Assembly (NCBI GenBank): GCA_051886435.1
Contig: JBJEYC010000052.1
Coordinates: forward strand, 1 to 61,695
Direction: 5' to 3'
Origin: Lachnospiraceae bacterium
Lineage (GTDB): Bacteria > Bacillota > Clostridia > Lachnospirales > Lachnospiraceae
Length of the DNA stretch: 61,695 bases
The stretch's first letter is position 1. Every line of letters begins with the position of its first letter. Below are positions 9,404-16,704 of the stretch, in pieces. Below the pieces are notes generated by a model. The model worked only from the letters and a program-made list of their open reading frames with translations, had not been told where the DNA came from and did no database searches. A program made the translations under genes and the position numbers.

Positions 9404-11275
9404 GTGAAGACATACAGAAATGAAATAGAGCGGTTTATATATGAGAAATGCTATGGTCTGATGTATCAAGAGGTGGCGACTTATATCTATCAGCACCCCG
9501 AAGTGCTAGATGTCACTTTCTCACGAGTCCAATACCCAGACTCTGCAGTTTTGGAAGACATGCTGATTGAGTATGTATCAGATATTCGTATATCTGAGGA
9601 TTATCTGATATTTAATGCTGCAGTTAGTGGCCTTGTAGAAATATCATCCTCTGATGACTACCGTCCGCTTTCGCAAGAGTCAAAGCAATGGTTATTTGTT
9701 GCATGCCGGGTAAAAATCACGGATAAAATCGAATCCTTCAAAATAGAAAATATCCGCAGCTATAAAGATGGCAGACTACATAGTGATGAAGGTGTCGCTG
9801 CATCAAGAAATATTGTCCCGATAATACATAAGAAAGATCTAGACGAAGAGGCTACCAACTTTCTGTCTGAAACTTATCCGGAAGCCTTGGAAAAACCGAT
9901 GCCTGTTCCTATTGAAGAGATAGCGGAAAAATTAGGATTAAAAATCATCCAAGGAAATCGAATCACGAATGATTTTAGTGTATTTGGAGAGATCTCCTTT
10001 TCTGAAGGCAAAGTCAAGGTTTACGATCTTTTCACTACCCAAACTTCCGAAATCGACCTGCACCGTGGAACCATATTGATAGATGCCTATACGTTCTGGG
10101 AACGTAATCTCGGATGTGTCAAGAACACCATTGCACACGAGGTCTATCACTGGTACCGTCACCGCATGTATGCTGCAATTAAGAGCATCCTCCGCGGAGA
10201 AAAAACAATAGCATGTCGCTGCCCAAGTAATATGGTCTACCCAAATAGCAATGAAGAATGGACTGATGAGCAGCGAATGGAATGGCAGGCAAATAGTATT
10301 GCTCCCCGCATACTTATGCCTCTAAAGCCATTCCGGCAGAAGGTAGATGAACTATATGCAAAATACGATTATAAGAACACTCCTTTAAAGCCGGCTGTTC
10401 TGGAATGCATTGCTCAAGATCTAGCTAAATTCTATGGTGTCTCCCGGCAATCTGCGATCATTCGTATGATCGAGACTGGGTATAGTGAGGCAGCAAGCAT
10501 ATATCAGCAAAAAGAAGATCCGAAATACCATTCGTATCTGACACCAAACGAGCTGTACTACGAATATTCAACAAACGATGAATTCAGGCAACTGCTCGAT
10601 TCCGAATTATTCCGGTATGTAGATGGATATGTTGTAATTAACGATGATAAGTACATTTCTCAAGATGAAGACGGAGCATCTTCACTGACCGACAACGCTT
10701 GGTCTAATCTCGACGAATGTGCCTTAAAATTTACTGACCAGCCGGTAAAACCACAATCCTCGAAGCTACTGCCATTTGAGATTCTGCATCGAGCTAATGC
10801 TGAACAGAAAACATCAAAGTACGAGTCCGAGCCAAATAAGAAGACCGTTGAGCTGTCAGAGACTGTACAGCAAAAGCGAAAGGAATTTGATGCGCAAAAT
10901 GCCACTCAAAAAATTCTTTCGCCCTCGAGATCATGCTGGGAAATGATTTGGGCTGTTATTGAAAGTAAAGGAATAAGCAAAGCTCACTTCTGCAATTTAA
11001 CTGGACTTGGTGAAGAGGTATATCGAAAAGCCAAAAATAATATCGATACACAGCCGGAAGTACGTACAGTTGTAGCTATCGCACATGGTTTAAAAATAGG
11101 CATTGAAGAGACAGAAATGATTCTCAAAGCCGGAGGTCGAGCATTCAAAAATACTGATGAGGATAGAGCTCTCAGATTTTGTATTACCGGTATGGGCGAC
11201 TGTTCTCTTGAAGACTGCAACGAATTTCTTGAATCCTATGGTTATAAGCCATTAGGCTCCATACAACGTTTATAA
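9404..11275 (+). CDS. ImmA/IrrE family Zn metallopeptidase with C-terminal XRE-like HTH
   Basis: PVPIEEIAEKLGL, TIAHEVYHW (HExxH), MEWQANSIAPRILMP, VSRQSAIIRM; C-terminal HTH-like segment ISKAHFCNLTGL. Confidence 0.8.
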   Translation: MKTYRNEIERFIYEKCYGLMYQEVATYIYQHPEVLDVTFSRVQYPDSAVLEDMLIEYVSDIRISEDYLIFNAAVSGLVEISSSDDYRPLSQESKQWLFVACRVKITDKIESFKIENIRSYKDGRLHSDEGVAASRNIVPIIHKKDLDEEATNFLSETYPEALEKPMPVPIEEIAEKLGLKIIQGNRITNDFSVFGEISFSEGKVKVYDLFTTQTSEIDLHRGTILIDAYTFWERNLGCVKNTIAHEVYHWYRHRMYAAIKSILRGEKTIACRCPSNMVYPNSNEEWTDEQRMEWQANSIAPRILMPLKPFRQKVDELYAKYDYKNTPLKPAVLECIAQDLAKFYGVSRQSAIIRMIETGYSEAASIYQQKEDPKYHSYLTPNELYYEYSTNDEFRQLLDSELFRYVDGYVVINDDKYISQDEDGASSLTDNAWSNLDECALKFTDQPVKPQSSKLLPFEILHRANAEQKTSKYESEPNKKTVELSETVQQKRKEFDAQNATQKILSPSRSCWEMIWAVIESKGISKAHFCNLTGLGEEVYRKAKNNIDTQPEVRTVVAIAHGLKIGIEETEMILKAGGRAFKNTDEDRALRFCITGMGDCSLEDCNEFLESYGYKPLGSIQRL

Positions 11276-11286
11276 TCACAATGTTC

Positions 11287-11319
11287 GCCGCGCCTCAAAC
11301 TAGAGGTGCGGTTTTTTTT
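11287..11319 (+). terminator. Intrinsic terminator after the ImmA/IrrE gene
   Basis: GCCGCGCCTC-AAACTA-GAGGTGCGGT followed by a T-run. Confidence 0.75.
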
Positions 11320-11325
11320 ATTTTT

Positions 11326-11448
11326 CCGACTCGCCGAGTCGGATTTTTTTATGCCTTTCCCCTGAATATATCTACTTTCACGGTCTTTTATCTAATCGAT
11401 CGCACCTTTTTCTTCGTAAAATTCACCTTTTTCCCCGACTCACCGAGT
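11326..11448. promoter_or_regulatory. Two copies of a palindromic operator-like site
   Basis: CCGACTC-GCC-GAGTCGG at 11326-11342 and CCGACTCACCGAGT at 11435-11448. Confidence 0.5.
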
Positions 11449-11486
11449 TTTCAGGTTTTACCTCTCCTTCATCTAAGATGGGCTTA

Positions 11487-11734
11487 ACAGATGAGAACAA
11501 CTTCTCAGCTGTGTCACGAATATTTTATTCCGCGTTTATGGCGGTGTAGTTGTCTGGCCAGGACTACATGCACGGCCTTCATAAACGCCAGCAGCAAATG
11601 GTTTAGGTCCAGTGTCGTGCCGCTGGTCACCTGTTGAAACGGGGCAATGCCCCAAAGGTGACCTCTATGAGATACGGACAAAGTAAATATGCCATCCCGG
11701 TAACCCCGTTTCGGAAAGAAACGAGGAAGCCAAG
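11487..11734 (+). ncRNA. Candidate structured 5' leader RNA of the sigma-like gene
   Basis: Several nested stems (11532-11540/11580-11588, 11545-11550/11563-11568, 11625-11632/11656-11663) and an RBS-occluding hairpin (11704-11712/11718-11726). Confidence 0.4.
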
Positions 11735-12406
11735 ATGGCAATCAAAGTCAAAGAAGTAAAGTTTTATGACAACGGCAGAATTTATGCAACAGTAAAAGTT
11801 AAGACCCATGAGGATGGGCGAGTAGAAATCGTGCCTCCTGACGGATACCGGATGTATCCTATGGATATTGAGACTGCTGACATCGCAGCGCACGGCTATG
11901 TACCAGCACTTATTCGCATGTGGTGGAAAGGCAGTCGTCAGTACAAATGCTACATGGTACCCGTCCCTGAGGAACAGTACAATGTGATGATGCGGCCTGA
12001 TTGGTCGGAGGATAAGCGTAATCTTCGTTCACACAAGTGCCGTGTTGAAGGCGCTCATGGAACACCGATTATCTGCCGCAAAGCATCCTGCGTCGGATGC
12101 CCGAACGCCGGGAAGGATATGGAGACAAATCAGACATCCTATATCGAGGACCTGAAGAAGAACAGCAACTGGGAGCCTTCCACTGAAGACACAACAAGTG
12201 CTGTCGCCATGGATCATATCAATCACGAGGAACTCATTGACTTTCTTGCGAAGCATCAGAAAAAGCTGGCTAAAATCAAGCTTCTGGAGGACGCAGGCTA
12301 TAGTGTGAAGGAAATTCATGAAATACTGGATCTTTCCATCAACACGATCTATACAGATCGGAAGCGGATAAAAAAGCTGGAAAACGAATTCTTCAAAGAG
12401 GATTAA
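11735..12406 (+). CDS. Sigma-70 region 4-like HTH protein with Cys-rich (putative Zn-binding) segment
   Basis: C-terminal GYSVKEIHEILDLSINTIYTDRKRIKK; central C-x11-C-x4-C-x2-C cluster; GAGG RBS. Confidence 0.7.
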   Translation: MAIKVKEVKFYDNGRIYATVKVKTHEDGRVEIVPPDGYRMYPMDIETADIAAHGYVPALIRMWWKGSRQYKCYMVPVPEEQYNVMMRPDWSEDKRNLRSHKCRVEGAHGTPIICRKASCVGCPNAGKDMETNQTSYIEDLKKNSNWEPSTEDTTSAVAMDHINHEELIDFLAKHQKKLAKIKLLEDAGYSVKEIHEILDLSINTIYTDRKRIKKLENEFFKED

Positions 12407-12415
12407 GATCACGGG

Positions 12416-12453
12416 AGGCGGTGCAGATGATGATTCTGCACCGTCTTCTTTTC
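12416..12453 (+). terminator. Intrinsic terminator after the sigma-like gene
   Basis: AGGCGGTGCAGA/TCTGCACCGTCT stem followed by TCTTTTC. Confidence 0.75.
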
Positions 12454-12462
12454 TATTCCTGC

Positions 12463-12621
12463 TCAAATAGCATTCCAACAGTCTCGACCTACTAAAAACA
12501 TCAGAGCCGCAGTCTCGACCTGCCAAAAACATCAGAGCCACAGTCTCAACTCGCGAAAATAGCAGACCCACAGTCTCGCCCAGAAAAAATTCATCAAAAT
12601 AGCGTTCCAACAGCCTCGCCA
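12463..12621 (-). repeat. Array of five degenerate ~27 bp direct repeats resembling the rlmD 3' end (att-like)
   Basis: Core CAG(T/C)CTC at 12479, 12510, 12541, 12571 and 12611 (spacing 31, 31, 30, 40). Unit 3 GTTGAGACTGTGGCTCTGAT matches rlmD GTTGAGACCGTGGCTCTGCT at 18/20. Confidence 0.9.
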
Positions 12622-12644
12622 GATCGACTTTCACATTTTTTCTC

Positions 12645-12690
12645 AAAAAAGAAGCGGCACCAGCCTCTCTTTCAGAAAGACTGATGCCGC
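12645..12690 (-). terminator. Intrinsic terminator for rlmD
   Basis: Minus strand GCGGCATCAGTCT...AGGCTGGTGCCGC followed by TTCTTTTTT. Confidence 0.75.
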
Positions 12691-12726
12691 AGAAATGGCT
12701 TAATTACGGGCTTTTCCGACCCTTTT

Positions 12727-14223
12727 CTAATTGTTGCGAATTAGCAGAGCCACGGTCTCAACGTGGATTGAGTTTGCGAACTGATCAACCGGCTGCACCG
12801 CCTGCAGGGCATATCCGCCCTCCCGCAGGATCTTCAGATCCCGGGCAAGAGTGGCCGGGTCGCAGCTCACATAGACCATGCGCTTCGGCCGCACCTTCAG
12901 GATGGTATCCAGGCACAGGGGATCACAGCCCTTGCGGGGCGGATCCACCACCACGACGTCCGGGATATCCCCAGTCTTTTCCACATAGGCGGGGAGCACC
13001 TCCTCCACCTTTCCCACCTGGAATTCCGCGTTCTGAATCCCGTTGACGCGGGCATTGTTCCGGGCATCTCCGATGGCCGCCGGAATTACCTCCACACCGA
13101 AGACCTTTGCGGCGGATCCCGCAAGGAACAGGGAGATGGTGCCGACGCCGCAGTAGAGATCCCAGACGTTTTCCTGCCCGGAGAGTCCCGCGAAGTGCAG
13201 GGCAATGCTGTAGAGCTTCTCCGTCTGCCTGGGGTTCACCTGATAGAAGGAGAGCGGGGAGATGCCAAAGGTCACCTCCCGGAGGGGTGTGGTTCCAAAC
13301 AGGGCCCGCTGCCTGGCTGCCCCGGTTTCATTTTCCTCATAGGAGACCGGATATACGTGGAGTGTGTCCCGGATGTGATCCTGCCCCCAGAGGAGACGGA
13401 GCTTCTTTCCCATCACGACGTTGGTCCGCTCCCGGTTCACCGAGAGGCTGATGGAGGTCATCCCCGGAATCTCCCGCAGGGTATCGACAAGCCCCTGCTC
13501 GTTCGGGACTTGGTCGCTGTTGACCACAAGACAGACCATGAGCTCCTTGGAGTACAGGCCGTCCCGGATGAGAACGTGCCGCACGATGCCCTTTCCCGTG
13601 GCCTCATCGTAGGCCGGAATCCGGTTTTCCCGCATCCAGGAAAGGATCCGGTTCAGAATCTCGTCGTTTCCCTTTCTGCCGATCAGGCAGTCCCCCATCG
13701 GGATGATGGTGTGGGTGCGGCCGGCGTAAAAGCCGGCGGCCAGCTCCCCGTCCCGGCGGGTTCCGATCGGAACCTGGGCCTTATTCCGGTAGCGGAAGGG
13801 CTCCTCCATCCCCACAATCGGATGCATCACCCGGGCGAGCTCCTCCTCCGGGATGCCGCCGATGCGCTGCAGGAGGTTTTTCACCTTGTTCTGCTTGCAC
13901 CGCAGCTGCTCTGCGTAGTCCAGTGCCTGCAGCTGGCAGCCCCCGCAGGGTCCCGCGATGGGACATGCCGGGGTCACCCGGTGGGGAGAGGGGGTGAGCA
14001 CTTCCATAAGCCGCGCGTACCCCAGGTTCTTTCCCGCCTTCATGATCTTTGCCCGGACCGTGTCCCCGACCACCGCATCCTTCACAAAAAGGGTATAGCC
14101 ATCTGCATGGCCGATACCCTCTCCGTCATTTCCGATATCCGTGATCTGTATGGTCACCAGGTCATCTTTGTGAAAGGCCCGCTTGTTGTCCTGTCTCTGG
14201 TCTTCCGGTATTCTGCTCTTCAC
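12727..14223 (-). CDS. rlmD: 23S rRNA (uracil-1939-C5)-methyltransferase
   Basis: TRAM domain, CPIAGPCGGCQLQ Fe-S motif, SFYQVN, DLYCGVG, VDPPRKG, YVSCDPATLARD, HVETV. Confidence 0.95.
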   Translation of the reverse strand: MKSRIPEDQRQDNKRAFHKDDLVTIQITDIGNDGEGIGHADGYTLFVKDAVVGDTVRAKIMKAGKNLGYARLMEVLTPSPHRVTPACPIAGPCGGCQLQALDYAEQLRCKQNKVKNLLQRIGGIPEEELARVMHPIVGMEEPFRYRNKAQVPIGTRRDGELAAGFYAGRTHTIIPMGDCLIGRKGNDEILNRILSWMRENRIPAYDEATGKGIVRHVLIRDGLYSKELMVCLVVNSDQVPNEQGLVDTLREIPGMTSISLSVNRERTNVVMGKKLRLLWGQDHIRDTLHVYPVSYEENETGAARQRALFGTTPLREVTFGISPLSFYQVNPRQTEKLYSIALHFAGLSGQENVWDLYCGVGTISLFLAGSAAKVFGVEVIPAAIGDARNNARVNGIQNAEFQVGKVEEVLPAYVEKTGDIPDVVVVDPPRKGCDPLCLDTILKVRPKRMVYVSCDPATLARDLKILREGGYALQAVQPVDQFANSIHVETVALLIRNN

Positions 14224-14227
14224 TGTC

Positions 14228-15175
14228 TCACTCCGTGGTGCGGCGGATGTTGGAGTTCAAAAGGCCCTGCCAGCCCAGCCAGCTCGAGTCGGATTTGGCA
14301 TCCGATGCCAGCGTCTCCTTGAAGATCTCCAGCTTTGCATCCGCATTGTCCGCAAAATTCAGGGCTGCCGCCTCGGCCAGGGCCGGCACCTTCGGGGAGC
14401 CGTACTCCAGCTCTCCGTGATGGGCGAGGATGCAGTGGCGCAGCTCGTTGGAAAGGGACTGGGGGAAGTCCGGAATCTGCCGGATCGCCTCGTCGATCAT
14501 CTCGACGCCGATCACGATGTGTCCGATCAGCTGTCCCTCGTCCGTGTAGTCATTGGCCGGGAAGGCAGAGAGCTCCCTTGTCTTGCCCACGTCGTGGAAC
14601 AGGGCTGCCGTGAGCAGAAGGTCCCGGTTCAGGAACGGATAGTTCTCCGCAAAGGCATTGCAGAGTTTCATGACACCGAGGGTGTGTTCCAGAAGGCCTC
14701 CCACATAGCTGTGGTGGACGGTCTTTGCCGCGGAGGAGTGGCGGAAGGCCTCCCGGAACTCCTTGTTCTCCACAAAGTAATAGATGATCAGCTTCCGCAG
14801 GTATGGGTTCTTCACCGTGTTGGCCAGATCGATCAGCTCCTTGTACATGCCATCGATGTTGCGCTTGGTCGAAGGAATGTAATCCTCCGGGTTGTACTCC
14901 CCCTCCCGGCACCGGCGCGCCCGCTTGACCGAGAGCTGATAGCGGTTCATGTAGATCTTGACATCTCCGAGGACCTCGATGAAGTCCCCCTCCGAGAAGT
15001 CATCAATGCCGACATTCTGAGGATCCCAGATCTTGGCATCCAGCGTACCAGTCTTATCCTGCAGCGTCAGGGATTCGTACTCTTTTCCGTTCTTGTTCTT
15101 GAGGGTGAGCTTCTTTTTGCAGAGATAAATGCCGCTCAGCGTCTCCCCCTCCTTGATGTCTGCAATAAACTTCAT
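14228..15175 (-). CDS. yhaM: 3'-5' exoribonuclease YhaM family (OB fold plus HD domain)
   Basis: LQDKTGTLDAKIW, HHSYVGGLLEHT, FHDVGK, HHGELEYGSP. Confidence 0.85.
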   Translation of the reverse strand: MKFIADIKEGETLSGIYLCKKKLTLKNKNGKEYESLTLQDKTGTLDAKIWDPQNVGIDDFSEGDFIEVLGDVKIYMNRYQLSVKRARRCREGEYNPEDYIPSTKRNIDGMYKELIDLANTVKNPYLRKLIIYYFVENKEFREAFRHSSAAKTVHHSYVGGLLEHTLGVMKLCNAFAENYPFLNRDLLLTAALFHDVGKTRELSAFPANDYTDEGQLIGHIVIGVEMIDEAIRQIPDFPQSLSNELRHCILAHHGELEYGSPKVPALAEAAALNFADNADAKLEIFKETLASDAKSDSSWLGWQGLLNSNIRRTTE

Positions 15176-15192
15176 TTTCTGTCCTTTCTGTC

Positions 15193-16623
15193 TCAATGCT
15201 GCTCCGAAACAGTGATCCGATCCGTCGGGGTCACCGTCAGGGAGGCGCTCTCATATCCGTTTGTGCCCTGCCGCATGATCGTGATGGCAGCGGCATGGCC
15301 AGGGGTAGCATTCTTCAGGGCGCTGACCAGGTCCGCCCGGTCTGTGATCGAATCGTTTCCGAGGGCCTGGATCACGTCGCCGGCCTGAATGCCAGCCTCC
15401 ATCGCTGGAGAATCCATTTCAACCTGGGTAACATAGCAGCCTGCCGGAACCCCCTGCCCGGTCTGCACGCTCTCAGGCACATCTGCTCCGTGCACGCCCA
15501 GGTAGGAAAGAGACGACGCATTCGAGAGCGCCTCGATGATGGGCTTGAGTTCCGTGATGCCCAGGGCTGAGATCAGGTTCTGAGCGTCCTTCCGGTTGAG
15601 ACCCGTGTCCACCCAGCCGATCACCCGGCCCTTTAAGTCGGCCAGAAGACCGCTCGCCTGCGTGCTGCCGTAGATATCGGTCTGAATCCCCGTGAGATCG
15701 CTGTCCGTGATGTCCAGGGTGAGGGCCGCGTTGGTCACGATGCCGTAGGAGACAGAGCCCATAGTGCCGGAGGGACTCCCCACCGCAATGACCGGCTTTC
15801 CCAGAAGGTCTGCCCGTGCGCTGCTGCCGAGGGTTGCCGCGGTCACAGCGCTGACCGTGTCACTGGAGAGGGTGTTCTTGTCCACCGACAGGACGCAGAG
15901 CCCGGTCACGCTGTCCTCAGCCTGCAGGGTGGCAGAGGCACTTGTGTCGTCTGAAAACGTCACGGTCAGCTCCTTTGCCTCCTCAATCTGTGCTGTATCA
16001 GCCAGGATCAGAAGCTTTCCGTTCTGGTCCGCCACAATCGCGCCGCTGGTTTTGCCGGAGTCCTCATAGGCATCTCCCGCCCAGTCGGTGTCGGAGAAGG
16101 TTCCAGTCACCGTGACCATCGAGGTCTGCAGGTTCTTTGCCACGTCGCTCAGAGAGCTGTACTGGGCCTCCACCGTGTCGGTACTGACGGTGTCTGCCTC
16201 CAGGTCCTTGCGGATGGACTCCTCAATCTCCTGCTTGATTTCATCCTTGTCGATGTCCAGCTGGGAAATGGCCTGACTCACCGCCTCTTCCGTCTCCTGC
16301 TGGTGGATCTGGTTGTCACTCTGGATCATGTCCTCAGGAGCCATCTCCTCGGTGGTCGCCTCCGGAAAAGTCACGGCGGTCTCCGCCTCCTCGCTGGGAC
16401 TGATCATCCTGCTGATGACCGGCTCCAGGGCCAGAAAGACCACGCAGGCGATGGCACCGAAGAGCACGGCAAAGACCACCGTGAACAACGTCCTGCGGAA
16501 GAGTTTCTTCTTGTTGACCGGCCGCGCCTTGATCTTCTCCTTCATGAAGTTCACGTCGACCGCGCCGTTTTCCTCTCCCTGCTTTTCCTCCCCGATATCC
16601 GGTTTTTTCTTCTCATCCTGCAT
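15193..16623 (-). CDS. Membrane-anchored HtrA-like (trypsin fold plus PDZ) protein, catalytic residues degenerate
   Basis: TM helix, trypsin-like region (VIAVGSP, QTDI) and PDZ (SPAMEAGIQAGDVI). Start set at MQDEKK because the longer ORF is antisense to mutS2. Confidence 0.8.
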   Translation of the reverse strand: MQDEKKKPDIGEEKQGEENGAVDVNFMKEKIKARPVNKKKLFRRTLFTVVFAVLFGAIACVVFLALEPVISRMISPSEEAETAVTFPEATTEEMAPEDMIQSDNQIHQQETEEAVSQAISQLDIDKDEIKQEIEESIRKDLEADTVSTDTVEAQYSSLSDVAKNLQTSMVTVTGTFSDTDWAGDAYEDSGKTSGAIVADQNGKLLILADTAQIEEAKELTVTFSDDTSASATLQAEDSVTGLCVLSVDKNTLSSDTVSAVTAATLGSSARADLLGKPVIAVGSPSGTMGSVSYGIVTNAALTLDITDSDLTGIQTDIYGSTQASGLLADLKGRVIGWVDTGLNRKDAQNLISALGITELKPIIEALSNASSLSYLGVHGADVPESVQTGQGVPAGCYVTQVEMDSPAMEAGIQAGDVIQALGNDSITDRADLVSALKNATPGHAAAITIMRQGTNGYESASLTVTPTDRITVSEQH

Positions 16624-16661
16624 GGATTTCACCCGTTTTCTGCGCCTTTCCGCCGATGCTC

Positions 16662-16699
16662 CAGTATACCACACCGGAAAGTTCCCATGTGGTATACTG
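16662..16699. promoter_or_regulatory. Back-to-back extended -10 promoters forming a perfect 12 bp inverted repeat
   Basis: CAGTATACCACA-14 bp-TGTGGTATACTG; each strand reads TGnTATACT. Confidence 0.6.
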
Positions 16700-16704
16700 C
16701 AGGC

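Larger units (their letters stand above)
1..12765. mobile_element. Right end of an integrated prophage/ICE-like island inserted at the 3' end of rlmD; continues beyond the left edge of the window
   Basis: Abrupt shift from AT-richer DNA to GC-rich host DNA at ~12.75 kb, at the end of rlmD, a known Firmicute integration hotspot. Cargo includes phage-type polA, R-M, AIPR, XRE/ImmA and sigma-like genes. No recombinase lies inside the window. Confidence 0.85.

Noticed and set aside
11487-11734. tRNA or a known riboswitch class
   Set aside because: No cloverleaf or T-loop and no recognisable SAM, TPP, FMN, c-di-GMP or T-box consensus. Kept only as an unclassified structured leader.
12463-12621. 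CRISPR array interpretation of the ~31 bp-period repeats
   Set aside because: Units are degenerate and nearly abutting (3-13 nt gaps, no unique ~30 nt spacers), there are no cas genes, and the repeat matches the rlmD 3' end instead.
12029-12646. 205 aa minus-strand ORF containing VETVALM
   Set aside because: It is antisense to the sigma-like gene and crosses its terminator; the rlmD-like peptide simply reflects the DNA repeats.
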